Shown: positions 14,155 to 27,242 of the stretch, one piece after another
Layout of the letters: each line of letters opens with the position of its first letter
Position numbering within the stretch: the first letter of the stretch is position 1
Source: Geosiphon pyriformis uo1
Taxonomy: Eukaryota; Fungi; Glomeromycota
DNA length: 64,000 bases
Assembly (NCBI GenBank): GCA_016748015.1
Contig: JAAOMT010000570.1
Location: 4,043-68,042 of the forward strand
Reading direction: 5' to 3'
Translations under genes and position numbers: made by a program
The notes under the pieces: generated by a model
Told to the model about the DNA's origin: nothing
What the model saw: only the letters and a program-made list of their open reading frames with translations
Database searches by the model: none

Positions 14155-15126
14155 ATGAAAAATCCAATTACAGTTTCACTATCAATCGATCTAATACCTG
14201 ATATCGTTATTCACCTCCGAAATGATTTTCCTTCTCTCTTTTCATGTATGCTAGTGAATCGTACTTGGTATCGTTTCGTTGCCCCAATTTTGTGGCATGA
14301 TCCATTCTCACTGGACACTTTACCTCACCAATGTGTTATACTCGATACTATAATATCTTGTTTTACAAAAGAACAGCAACAAGACATTTCTGAATACGGC
14401 AAAATTCTCGAATTACCACCCATATGTCATATAAAACCTTCCCCAACTTTGCCATATTTGTTATACATTCGATGCCTAGATGATCGCAACGTTTTCATGA
14501 CTGTAATTAAATGGTGTCAATATTACAATCTAAAAATAACCGACGGTGAAATTGGGCTATTATTTTTACTCTTTTTTAAAAATATTTTATATGACATCAG
14601 AAGGTTGGATTCCTTGGGTATGCTGCCTTCATATTATGCCCTGAAAGTTTATTATGACTATCCCACCCAAGCTGATGATGATTTCAGCTTGACTCGTTTC
14701 TTGGAGATTATCACTGAAAAACATTCAAGCATACGACAATTCAGATTGTACCTTGGAATTCTGGAAATGTTTCCAGAAACCGAGGCGACAAATTATAAAA
14801 ATTTGATGGTCGATTTCATGAAAAGTCAAAAGAAACTTGAAATGGTGACATTTTTGGAGGAGAAAGCTTCGGCGAATATGTTGCTAAGATTAAATTCGGG
14901 TGGATTACCGGCTAATTTAAAGATACTCAGGTTTGTCGAGTGTTATTTGAGAGATTTTACGGTTGGGGATACAGGACGTATTTTGGCGAAATTGAAACAG
15001 GTTGAATTTCAGGACTGTTGTGATATTGATTTTAGTTTTATTGAATTCCTCCAAAATAATATGTATTTCCGAACTACAGAACATGTGATTGAGTTTAAAG
15101 AAAGAGAAACTATTAAAAATATTTGA
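14155..15126 (+). CDS. F-box-like protein with degenerate LRR-like C-terminus (family expanded in Glomeromycotina)
   Basis: Intronless 323-aa ORF; N-terminal DLIPDIVIHL..D..SLFSCMLVNRTWYRFVAPILWHDPF F-box-like motif; LK.L.F..C repeats at the C-terminus. Confidence 0.8.
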   Translation: MKNPITVSLSIDLIPDIVIHLRNDFPSLFSCMLVNRTWYRFVAPILWHDPFSLDTLPHQCVILDTIISCFTKEQQQDISEYGKILELPPICHIKPSPTLPYLLYIRCLDDRNVFMTVIKWCQYYNLKITDGEIGLLFLLFFKNILYDIRRLDSLGMLPSYYALKVYYDYPTQADDDFSLTRFLEIITEKHSSIRQFRLYLGILEMFPETEATNYKNLMVDFMKSQKKLEMVTFLEEKASANMLLRLNSGGLPANLKILRFVECYLRDFTVGDTGRILAKLKQVEFQDCCDIDFSFIEFLQNNMYFRTTEHVIEFKERETIKNI

Positions 15127-15362
15127 CATCAATTTTGATTTGAATAATAAATTCTTTCGTTATGTTCTCTAATATTAAACGAATAACGCAAGAATTCCTA
15201 AATTTACATGCTCATTCCAATTTCTCCTTGAAAGACGTAAGCACAATAATTGTTGGAAATAAATATTCCCTTTAAAAAAAAATACAATGCAAATAATCAC
15301 GTAAGATACCCAATTCAGTTATTATTATTATTATTATTATTATTATTGTTTTTGTTGTTGTA

Positions 15363-15407
<45 letters not shown>

Positions 15408-15888
15408 ACGCTCTTTAAATAATTGTAATCGTACATCAATCTGATCCGAGTACTTAATTACCAATCTACATAAAAATCATCAGTCTTAGCCTATCTTTTC
15501 TGCGATTCAAAAGCTGATACCTGTTTTGAATAACTAGTTTAACCATGCATTAGTTTTTCAGCTTTTCCAATATCATTCTGAGCGAAAGAAATTGGTCCCG
15601 ATTTCATTGTCAACTCAAAAAAAAAATTTCAAAAAGCTTTGTTGAATTTTTAATTTAACAAAATTTACCTCTCATCATTTATATGTCAGACTCCTTGATT
15701 CTTATGCAAACAAGAATGTTTTGAATTTTCCATAAAAAGCTTGATAAAATCAAAACCTATGAAGTTTTCACATATATATATAATTTATCAAAATATTGAA
15801 AATTCCTAAGAACATATAAATTTGGCGAATACAAATTCTTAACTTCCTCATCAAAAATGCTCACTCATTAAAAATAGTACTTCTACCA

Positions 15889-16377
15889 ATGAAAATTAAT
15901 CAAAAATCTGACCACCAAAGTTCCTCAGAGACTAAAACTAAAACATTATCCTTCTCGACTACTAAAACTAACCAGATGCAGTATTGTTCTCGTCCTTTTT
16001 GCAACAAACCTTCATATATCGAGCAAAATGGAAAATTCTATCCATTTTGTAGCAAAATTTGCGCATTCATTTTTCAGGAAAAAATCAAACTTCCCCGTTG
16101 TGCTAATGGTAACTGTATAAAACCAATATACGTTGAATCAAATCTTCTTGCTCATCCCTTCTGTTCCAAAAGTTGTGCTCGAGCTCAACAAATTTATCAG
16201 CACAACATGGTGGGAAATGGAAAAAAGGATAAGCCATTGATTGAAATTTCTGGAAATCCAACGGTGAGTCAATATATATTTTGTGTTAACACAGGAAATT
16301 TTTAAATTTTAAAAAAGTTTTTTATGTATATATTTTTTTAGAAAAAATTACGTGCAATTAAACTTTGCTATGAATAA
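15889..16377 (+). CDS. Small protein with two tandem C-x4-C...PFCSK-x-C putative zinc fingers; exons 15889-16263 and 16342-16377
   Basis: CSRPFCNKPSYIEQNGKFYPFCSKICA and CANGNCIKPIYVESNLLAHPFCSKSCA; donor ACG|gtgagt, acceptor ttttag|AAA giving KKLRAIKLCYE*. Confidence 0.7.
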
Positions 16378-17266
16378 TATGTTTTTGAAAAAATTCAATT
16401 TTTACTTTTAATTTCTTGATTTACAAAGCACCTAGTAAATTCCAGCGATCCACCTTCTTAAGAAATAAATGAGTTATAGTTTACAATGCTTTTTTATGAT
16501 ACCTGGGGTCTATTTTGTAGTGTTTCCAGGGATAAGTAAGAACAATTTTGCAACCAATTAAAAATTTTGAACTGAAATAAAATTGAAAATAGTTAAAATT
16601 AATTTATTGAATAAATGATAAAAATATTTTACACATATTTTATTTCAATATTGTTATTTTTTTTAAATTAACAAGATTTAATGATATATAGATATATGTA
16701 TTAATTTTTTTTACAATAATTATAGATTAATTAATATAATATTAAATTTTTATTAAATTTTAATAATTTTATTAAAAAATAATCTTTAATTATTGTTTAA
16801 ACACTGTTTTTGGTTTTAAATAAAAGTTTTTTTATTCAAATTTTTTTCTAAATAATTAATTCTAATATAATTATTACAATTATAAAAAGTTTTAAAACTT
16901 TTAACAGCAAACTAATAGCAAAATCACTCTTTTTTTTATTATTTTTCTTATATTTACTTAAATAGTTATGAAAACTAAAAAACTAAAAAAATAATCTCTT
17001 TTTTCTTTTATTTAAAGCAATTAATTAATATATTTAAATATTTAAAAAACTTTAACAAAATTTTTAAAAGTTTTTTGAATAAATAACTTTATCTTGATAT
17101 TTGATAAATCTGCAAAAATCAAAATAAATTATGTTAAAATTATGCTTGTTAAATTGCTTTTTTTTCTACTTTTAAGATTGCAAAGTTTTTTATAAATTTT
17201 GCATTTAATTTTTTTTGCTATTATAATTTTTTGTTAATAATATTAAAAATATTATAAAGAAATTAT

Positions 17267-17846
17267 TGTAAGATAAATTTATAACTTGGTGCTTAATTGG
17301 TATTAATTTTTAAAAATTTTGGGTGAATTTAAAAATTTTGATGATTAAATTTTTTGTATAATAAACAAAATTTCATTAATAACTGATAATATTTGGTCTT
17401 TAACTTTTTTAATATAATAACTGGTATTATTTTTATAAAGTAATTCAAAAAAATAAGTAATAATTAAATATAATCTAAATTAACCAATAACAAAATAAGA
17501 GTATATTAAACTAAATAATACAAAAAATTTCAGAAATACCAAAAAAAATTTCAAGAATTTTTAAAAATGCTAAAAATATTAACTAAAATTCAAAAAATAT
17601 AAAATTTATTAAAAAACTCAAAAATCTTATATTATAAAAAGTTATATATATATAGTAGTAATAATAATAAAAACAAAAAAAAACAAATTCAATTTTATTT
17701 TATTTTTACTAAATAATTTACTTTAGCCATTAGAAATTTAGTATTTAAAATAATAGTTTTTTTAATAAAATTATTATTTAAGTTATTTATTATTCAAATT
17801 TTATGAATCAATATTTATTTTATTAATATTTACTTATTTCAAATTA

Positions 17847-17883
<37 letters not shown>

Positions 17884-19827
17884 ACTACTAATAACATTAA
17901 AACAATAGTTTTTTAATTATAATTATTAATAAAATACTAATTTCTATTTTCTTATTTTTTTTATTGTATTTATTTATTAATTAATTAATTCAAAAAAAGT
18001 GTTAAGATTATGACATTAAAGATTGCTTAATAAAAAATATAAAAAATAATATAAAACATAATTAAAAAACTAAAATTGCTTATTAAAAAAGTAAAAACTA
18101 CCAAAATAAATTAATTACTATACTAATAAAGTTAATTACTAAATATTATTAATTATTATTATTGAATTTTTGTCTATTATACAAAAAATTCAACTAATTA
18201 AATTTTCAAATACATTTAAACTTTTTAGATTTATTCTATAATATAAGAACATCAATTTTTAAGTTAAAAACATTATTTAAAAATCTGTAAAATTTGGTAA
18301 GATATAATTTATAAAAAACAGAAATATTATTAAAACTTATCTATAAAAGTAGCAGAATTAAAAGTTCTAAAAACAAAGTATTTAAAATTTGCAAAATTTT
18401 TATTTTAATACTATAAAAATACTTAAAACCAAACAAAATAGTCTTTTAGTTGTATTAACTTTTAATTTTTATATTAATATATTTTTTAGAAAAAACAAAA
18501 AACCCAAATTTAAAAAATTCTAATTTTGTTTTTTTAATAAAAACAAGAAAAATATTTTTTTTTCAATAATTATTTTTATTATTTATCTTTTTACTTTAAA
18601 AATTAAAAATTTATTAATTGATATAATTAAAAAAAATTATTAATTTTATATTTTAATTATTGTTATTAAATAAGTATTTACAATTAAAATGCTTATTATA
18701 AAACTATTATTAGTTACTTTTGGTAAAATTCAAAATATTAATGTTAATTATATTCATTAAAAAAATTCAATTACATTAAAATAATACCTTTTATTTATAA
18801 TTATTAATAAGATACTAATTTTTTTTATTTTTATTTTATTTTTTATTTTTTATTTTTTTATTGTTAAGATTTTATAAAAATTTTAATTAATTAAAAAAAG
18901 CACTAATATTACAATATCTAAAATTTTCTGGAAAAAATGCAAAAATAATATAAAAAATAGTTAAAAAACTAAAATTGCTTACCAAAAAAGTAAAAAACAT
19001 TAGAATAAACTAATGTTATAAGTTTTTTGATAATGTTTTTAGTCTGTAAATTGGTATTCTTATATTGCAAAATAAATTTAAAAGATTTAAGCATATTTAA
19101 AGATTTAATTAGTTGAGTTTTTATATAATTAACAAAAATTCAATAATAATAGCTGATAATATTTAATGTTTAACTTTATTAATATAGTAACTAGTTTATT
19201 CTGATGTTTTTTATTCTTTTAATAAGCAATTTTAGTTCTTTAATTATGTTTTACACTATTTTTTGTGTTTTTTACGAGACAATTCTTAATGTTATAATTT
19301 TAATACTTTTTCTGAATTAATAAATAAATAAATATAACAAAAAAAATAAAAAGATAAAAATTAGTATTTCATTAATAATTATAATCAAAAATTATTGTTT
19401 CAATGTTATTAGTGATATTATAATAATACTATTAATATTAATTCAAAATAAGTAAATTTTAATAAGATGAATATTAATTTATAGAAGTTAAATAGTAAAT
19501 AATTTGAATAATTATTTTATTAAAAGAATTATTACTTTAAATATTAAATTCTTAATAATTAAAATTACTTAGTAAAAATAAAATTAAACTTGTTTTTTTC
19601 TGTTTTTATTGTTATTATTATATATATATAACTTTTTATAAAACAAAATTTTTGGAATTTTTAGTGATTTTTACATTTTTCCTGAGTTATTATTAGTATT
19701 TTTAATATTTTTGTCAGTATTTTTAGAATTTTTGGTATTATTTGGCTTGATAATTTCTTATTTTGTTATTAATTGATTTAAATTATATTTAATTATTGCT
19801 TATTTTTGATTTATTTTATAAGTAGTA
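17267..19827. mobile_element. Nest of hypermutated Gypsy-type LTRs: forward copy ~17425-18292, reverse copy 19014-19827, and split pieces of a related LTR at ~17267-17424 and ~18500-19013
   Basis: 17425-18292 aligns by eye with the reverse complement of 19014-19827. TGTTA terminus at 19014. tttggt PBS-like start after 18292. GCTTACCAAAAAAGTAAAAAACA (~18977) equals intact-LTR GCTTACCAGAAGGGTGAAAAGACA after G>A changes. Confidence 0.7.
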
Positions 19828-20490
19828 TTATTTCTTTTTTTTTAATAGTATTATTTTTTCTTTTGATTCTATTTTATAGACTTTTTTCAAATTATTTTGT
19901 ACATATTCTGTATTAATTATTATTTTTTTACATTGGCTTTTTTTACTAAACTAGATTTTAATGTTAATTGTTCTATTGTTATTGCTAAAATTTTTAATAC
20001 TATTTTTAAATTTATATTGGTAAAATAATAAAATAAAAAATTATTAAAATCTGTTAAAGATATCTTATATTTAAAGCAAAATTTAAATCTTTATTATTTT
20101 TAACAATAGTATTTGAATTAAAATTAAGCTTTAATTTTAATTTTTATATAGTTTTGCTAATTGGCTTATTAATTTTAAAAATTAAATAGATAATATATAA
20201 TAGTAAATTGTAAACAAAATTATACTTGTTACAATATTTAAATTAGCAAAGAATTAGATAATATTTACAAAGTTGTGTATTTAGTTTAGTTAGTTATTGC
20301 TTTTACTTTTTTTTTGATTAGATAAATAATTAATAATATTTATTAAATTTTTTTAGTTTATTAAATAGAATAAAAAATAAGTTTTTATTAAAATTATGAA
20401 CTAAAATATTTTTAATTATGAAAATTTGGACTAATATAATATTTTTAACTTTGATTATAGCTATTTATTAAATTTTGTTTTTATTATATA

Positions 20491-21845
20491 CAGGGGGGTA
20501 TAAAAAGTATTGGACACTTAATATAATATATAAAAAAGGCTATATATAGTAATACCATTACCAATTTAAGCCATAATTTTTTTTATAATTACTTATAGTT
20601 ATAATCTACAAATCAACATAAATCACGTCCTTGTAAAACACAATAGTGAATCATACATGTATATATAAAATATCAAACATTCTTGTCATGAAAAAATTTA
20701 CCACATCAAATGTGTCTTGAAAAAGAACTTTCTGAATACCAAAAAGGAGGGATTATTTCAGCAATAAAGTTAGGACATAAAAACAGTGAGACTTTCACGA
20801 CTATTGGATGTTCACGTTTTTCTGTAATATGTGTATGGAAGTCATATGAGCTAAAAAAACTTCCTAAAAAATGAATGGGCTGACCACAAATTCTTGACAA
20901 ACGTGCATGTGAACAACTCAAATATTCAATAATGGAGAATAAAGAAACCCGCCGCCAAACTCTTTCTCAAATACGATTGAATTTTATTAAAGATACCAAC
21001 AAATCTATTTCTATACAAACTATTCGAAATGGATTAGCTCAAGAAGGACTTCGCTCATGCATTCTTCGTCTCAAGCCATTAATTTCCAAATCAAATAAAA
21101 AAAAACGTTTACAATGGGCTCGTACTTATGAAAATTGGACAGTAGAAGATTTTAAACGAGTTGTTTGGTCAGATGAATTTACATATACACAATTTAGGAC
21201 TACAGGATTTGGACATGTATGGCATAAACCTTCTGAAGAGTTTCATAAGGATTGTATTACAGCCACAGTTAGAAAAAGCTTTGGTTGCATGTTTTGGAGA
21301 TGTTTTTCATGGGTTGGTTTGAGTCCTTTAGTTCCTTTGGTTGGTCATATTACTGGAGTTATGTACCGCAAAACCTTGGCTAATTATGCAATTCCTACGG
21401 TAAAACTTCATGCAAAAAAAACTAAAAAAAAGTTTTTTTTTCAGGAAAACAATGCACTAATTCACACATCAAAAGTCGTGCATTCTTTTCTTACCTCTTC
21501 AAATATTGAATTACTTCCTTGGCCAGCACAAAGTCCTGATATTACTCCAATAGAAAATCTTTGGTCATATATTGAAGTTAAAATTCGTCAATGTAATTTA
21601 CAACCCTCAAATATTGTACAATTGGAACAGTGGGTTAAGGAAGAATAAGATACAATACCTGTAAATTACTATCGTAATTTGATCAAGTCTATGCCACATC
21701 GAGTTCAAGCTATTCTTGAAGCAAATGGGGGTCAAACAAAATACTAACATGTATTTTAATATAATAATAAAAAATTAACGATTTATAAGTTAATTTTTTT
21801 ATATAACATATTATAAAAGTGTCCAATACTTTTTATACCCCCCTG
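20491..21845 (+). mobile_element. Full-length Tc1/mariner DNA transposon (1355 bp) with TA target-site duplication
   Basis: Perfect 29-bp TIRs CAGGGGGGTATAAAAAGTATTGGACACTT at 20491-20519 and 21817-21845; TA at 20489-20490 and 21846-21847. Confidence 0.97.
20710..21747 (+). pseudogene. Tc1 DD34E-type transposase, inactivated by 3 in-frame stops and a catalytic D>N change
   Basis: Single frame from ATG 20710 to TAA 21747. Motifs VVWSDE, FQENNA (from QEDNA), WPAQSPDITPIENLW, SMPHRVQAILEANGGQTKY. Stops are consistent with CGA>TGA (x2) and TGG>TAA. Confidence 0.92.
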
Positions 21846-24599
21846 TAAATAATCATATAAATAAAAGAGTATATGATTGTAAACTACTATAAAGAGTTTT
21901 TTTCTTATTTTTTTATTAATAGTGTTTTTTTTACAAGTAAAGCATGATTTGTTGTTCTATTTTTCTTGTTTTTTTGGTTATTCAAATTTTTTAAGATATA
22001 AAAATAATAATAAAACTTAATTGTGAAAATGTTTTTTTGATTTGGTAAAATATATATAAAAGTGTTAACTCGAGGTTTTTTTTTGTTTTTTTTTTAATAA
22101 TTAAGTAATAAGACTAAATTAATTCAATTATTATCAATTCACAAAACTTTGTAAGTTTTAATTATAGATTTTTTATTTCTTTGTCTAATTTAATAAGTGA
22201 TGCTTTATTAATAATAGTTCTAAAATAATTATATATTGTTGGTATTTATGCATACATTCATTATAACTTAATTAAAATTCTTAAATATTTTAATTAAGTA
22301 TAACATTAGTCTTAAACAATTAATTATTATTAATAAATATTTAGTATTAAGTAGTTTCTATGACTTGTATTTTAATGAGCACAGTAATACTATTAATTTT
22401 AAAAAAAAGTTGTTAATTTTGTTAATTGAAATTTTTATTATATAAATATAACTAGATTTAGAAGTATTGGATTTTGAATAATTTCTGAAGTTTGAATTTT
22501 TGGAGTTTTACTTAAGATAGATTTTAAAATTAGGTTTTTTGAAGGTTTTTTTTAATTTTAATTTTTTTTCTTGATTTAATATTTTTCTAGTTATTAGTAG
22601 ATTCAAAATTGGTTATAAAAATAGTAATTAAAAAAATAATAGAATAAATAGCTCTAACTTAAATTTCTCAAAAAATTTGTTGTATTTTCTTAGTAAATTT
22701 GAATTTTTTAAATTACTTTAAAATAAAAATTGTAGATTTATTGGTTTTGTTGTAAATACAGAAACAATTTCTATAAATATTTGAATTGTACTTTCAAGAA
22801 TATGATAATATAATAGATTTATAAATAATATAATTCATTATTTTTTCTGTATAAGTGGTTAAATTTTTTTTAAATATTATTGGAAATTTTCTTTGCATAT
22901 AAGTTTTAATTTTTTAATTTATTTTTATAAGTATTAACATAAAACTATAATTTTATAAAAAACTAATATATTGTAATAACTCTCAATAAAAATTTGTTTT
23001 TACTGTTTTAAAAAAAAATTATTATTTTAAAAAATGTATTTAAGACTAAGTTAGTAAATTTTTTATTTAGTTATACTATTTTTAAAATTTATAAACTGGT
23101 TTTTTAAGTATATAAATATAATAGTTTTATTTCTTAATTTCTAAATTCTGTTTAACAGTTAAAATATGTTATTATTACTTTGGTTTTTGAAAAAACTTAA
23201 ATATTATTAATGTTAAAACTAATACTTTAAAAAAGAGTTGTATCTGGTAAAAAATTTCTAATTACTAATATTGTTTTATGTATTAAGATTTAGATTATAT
23301 GGTTTTAAATTATAAAATATTTTTGTTTTTGTTTTTTAAGACTTTGACAAAATCTGTGATTATTTCTAGAGTTTTCATAAATTATTCTTTTGATATAATA
23401 TTATATATAAAAGTAATTATTTTTTTGGCTTTCTTTTTTATTGTTGGTATTAATTTGGTGGTTGGCTTCAGACTAGTTTTTTTGAAATTTAATTTGAGTA
23501 AGCTTATCTTGTTGGTTAAATTTATTAATGTTCTGGTTGCTTTGATTATAAAATTGGTGGTTGTTTTTTTTTGAATGCTAAGATTAAGAAAAAAATTTTT
23601 GCAAGTAAAAAACGTTAATGTTTTTGGAAAAGTTGTTGGAAATTGAAGTAAAAAAATTATTAATTTCAAGGTACAATGTGACATAAATTCAGATTTTCTT
23701 ATTAATAAAAAAAATTTGTTAGAATAATGGTACTTTAAAAATTATAGGCTTTTGATATCAAATTTGATGCTGGTTTGGTTCCTGGTAATAATAGTTTAGT
23801 TGTAATTATGCAAAAAATGTTATTTTTGTATAAGTTTCTTAGTTTAGTTTTGACTGGCTCAAGTGACTAGTCACATGTAAAAAGTAGGTGAGTTATAGCT
23901 AATTTAGAACAGTTCTCTGTTGTATTGTGAATGGACTACAATTTGTCAAAACAAAATAAAAAAATATACAAAAATATACAAAAATTTTCTTTTGATTTGT
24001 CACTTAAATAATATGATAACATATCAAAAAAAAAGCTGTTGGGAATTCTAAAGTCATTCCAGATGGTAAACAAAAAAATATGCAAACCAACAGATTGTTT
24101 TATGTTAAAATTGTCAATAAAAAAAAAGATTTATTAATTATAATAATAATCCTAATATTGACCAATTCTAAACTTGTCACATTAAGTAAAACCACCAAAA
24201 GAAATCTATTTAGAAATGACAACTTTTTAAAAATACAAAAATTTGTAAACCAACAAAGAAAAAAAAATGTCCCAAGTCTTCAGTTCATTAACATGGATAG
24301 AACCAATAAGTAACAACGAAAATATAATGATTTTGTGGAAAAGTTCTTCTATTGAGAAAAAATGTAGCATAACAATGGAAAATTTGTTCAAAATTTGCGA
24401 TTCGTTCTGAAAAATTATGCGTAAGAATTCCTTGCTAGCACAATCTCAAATGGTTTTTTTAAGATATCAAATAATAGCACATTTCAAGATTGCAAATGAT
24501 TCTTTTAAAAATATATTATTTCATAAATATATATATATACTAAATCTCTTTATATTATGAATTGTAAAATTTCTGGTTCGAAATATCTATTAAACATTT

Positions 24600-25618
24600 T
24601 TTTTTAAACGAAAGCTTTTCGTATCTTTCGGAGTAAAGGAATCAAGATGCCCAATCCGTTGCAATATTATGGTGTGAAATTTAAGGGACCAAAATTTTTC
24701 AAATTAATTTTACAAGGCAAATCTCTTTATGGAACATCATAACATAGAGTTCCCGTTTTCTCATAAAATCTGGGGTTGGGGAAAGACATTGGGATCAAGT
24801 CTCTATTTTCACACCTAACCGATAAAATAGAAGAATAATCTAAATACTTTTACCAAATCCAGAAATTATTTCAAGTACCAACTATGAGCTGAAAGGCATG
24901 CTTGGTCATATGCTGTAAGATCAAAGGGATAATTTCGAGCTACACAGATTTCAGATCTATAGATCTAGAATCATACAGTTCTGTTCGATCAAATTTTTGT
25001 TATATTGTTGTCCCTTTAGATTGTTCTCTAAAGCCTTCGCTTGCAGGTGTACGTGACAATAGTCTTTATTAAATATGACAGCGAAATCAGCTAAAAAGAT
25101 TTGCAACTCTTTAATGAATGTAACTTCTGATAAAAATTAAGACACCCACCATTTGTTTCCGTAAATATTAATTCGAAGGAGATGGCGCAAAAAAGATGAT
25201 CGACTTTCTCCTTGAATATCCAAATGTTTTTCACAGAAATGAGCTGTTCAATATTTGGTGACGATTCACTGCACAAAGAATCATGATAATAAATTGGCGT
25301 TTTTATGGTCATTTAAGGAATTTGGGCTTCTCCATTCGCATCGCAGATCAAACATTTCAATGGAAATAAAATTTTTAATTATTCATCAACTGCATAAAAA
25401 GGAAACTTCTTTCCCTCATTCTTATTCATCTTTGAGGATTTTTGCAAAAAAAGGGTTTCATTAATAATTATAATATCTGAAATATCTTTCGATTGAAGAA
25501 AATAAAAAACACAAAGCCTATCTTTATTTTACGTCAATTAATTTGTTTGCATAACGATTGGACATCTCACCATACCTGATTTCTTTAAACAGCATCGTAC
25601 TTGTTTAGACGAAGACAT
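24600..25618 (-). pseudogene. Probable decayed protein-coding gene of unknown family
   Basis: ATG 25618 MSSSKQVRCCLKKS, donor G|gtatgg, acceptor tttcag| at 25477, then coding-like composition with several stops; no recognisable domain. Confidence 0.3.
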
Positions 25619-25659
25619 TACTGAGTAGCATCATACTTGTTTAGACGAAGAGATGACTG
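25591..25659. repeat. Two-copy tandem duplication, 36-bp period
   Basis: AGCATCGTACTTGTTTAGACGAAGACATTACTG at 25591 and AGCATCATACTTGTTTAGACGAAGAGATGACTG at 25627. Confidence 0.9.
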
Positions 25660-25891
25660 TTCAGCAATAAACAAAGAATCAAGTTTGTAAACCAATCTTT
25701 ATATAGCTACATTGCGAAAATTGCAGAAAAAAAAGGCATTACAGTGATGAATTATTTCATGATAGAAAGTTGATAGTTATGAGGTTTTTTTATAAATAAA
25801 CCCTTGAGAGAACCCAAAATTTTCACCAATTCAACCAGGCAAAAATACAATAAATATTTTTCAAACTTTAATCTCAATCAAACACTCAAAA

Positions 25892-26114
25892 ATGACTTCT
25901 CAATCCCCACTCAAAATTCACAGTGATGACCCATGTTGCGAAAATGGGTACAGTTTTTTTTTTATAAAATCACAAGATACAACTTCCAAAATCTTTTCCA
26001 TTAACAAATTCCAATTCTTCATTTTCCAATCACTTTTAAAATTCTAGCTGCACTTGCAGCACCTCATGTTCATGTGAAGCCGCAGAGAACTGCACATGCT
26101 GTTCAAATAAATAA
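25892..26114 (+). CDS. Metallothionein MT-A (40 aa, 9 Cys); exons 25892-25947 and 26048-26114
   Basis: MTSQSPLKIHSDDPCCENG|CTCSTSCSCEAAENCTCCSNK*; phase-2 intron gtacag...ctag; caaaaATG context; TATAAA at ~25791. Not in the ORF track. Confidence 0.8.
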
Positions 26115-27242
26115 ACCATGCCAGGTTTCTTTTTTATACTAGGCAAATTAAGGTAAAGAATTTACCTTTGTTCCTCTCAATCTACCCCCTTTTTGGGATT
26201 GGAACCTAAGAACTGATTTGAAAATCTTTTTATTTTCTTATTTAACATGGGATTTCAAAATATTAGTCAATATTAGAATCAGACCGTTGTAAAATGTTGT
26301 ATAAATTAATACACGTAGCAAATCAATCGTTTTATATTTATGTAAAGTAGATTAAGAAAAAATACAGCGTTTTGCAATTCTTGTTTTATTAAAAATTGGT
26401 TTATCTTTTAACAAAAGTTGCGCTACAAGTTTAACTCTTACACTTTGACACAGAGTAAGTATTTAAAAGATAATAAACCTGAAAGCTAGTTATAATCAAT
26501 CAAAGTTTTAACCTCCCACAAACTTTCTTGTATCAATTATGGATCATGGTGACGACTTAAATTTAAAATTGTGATCATAATGTTGCGTTGTAATTTCTAT
26601 CTCTTAAGGTTCCATCACTCTCATCATCTTTTGCCTGCTTTTAGCCCAATTGGATTGGCCTTAATTTATTACAAAGTGAATCTTAGACCCTGGTCGTTAT
26701 AAAGAAGATTCCGAAGTTAAATTTCCAACTAATTATTATAAATAAAATGGTAAAAATTCAATACTAATTTATTTTGATTCGTATCTTGCTGTTTATTGAG
26801 TTTGCAAATTTTGAATTGCTTTATAACATTTTGAAAACGATAAACAAGGTTCACAGATCTTTTAATTACAAATTTTAAGAATTAATGGTTCTCTTAAAGA
26901 TTTCAGCGGAATGAACTTAAAAGGCATTTTTAACTATGGATTAAAAAAGAATTGGTGAATAAAATTAAAGTAATTATAATCAAACCGTGAATTTCCCCAT
27001 CTCAAATCTCAATCTTTTTTGTTTTCTGAAGATTAGAATTTAATCTGTTCTTTTCGTCTCGTAGAACGATTCCGGATGAACTAGATGAATGGATTATTGT
27101 TCATTATATTATATTTATGACTTTACTTTGAAATCACAGTTCTGTTCCCTTTGGTATAATGTCTGAATTTCCTGAAATAGAAATTCTAATTTGTAATAAA
27201 AGGTACAGCTTTATTTTCTTGAGTCACCAAAAGTTTAAATTT

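Larger units (their letters stand above)
19828..23950 (-). mobile_element. Degenerate Gypsy-like internal region (boundaries approximate, possibly more than one element), interrupted by Tc1
   Basis: PPT-like purine run adjoins the reverse LTR. Minus strand at 22320-22440 translates KISINKINNFFFKINSITVLIKIQVIETT*Y*IFINNN*, colinear with KTLIGEIDNFPFKINEIQISTKVLVMEATQYQALVKNDW of the intact element's protease region (~54520-54635). Confidence 0.7.

Noticed and set aside
23299-23684. ORFs 23299-23574 (+) and 23382-23684 (-) as host genes
   Set aside because: They lie in hypermutated repeat DNA, and their I/K/F/N-rich composition reflects AT erosion
25591-25659. 36-bp-period repeat as a CRISPR-like array
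   Set aside because: Two adjacent copies, no spacer, eukaryotic context
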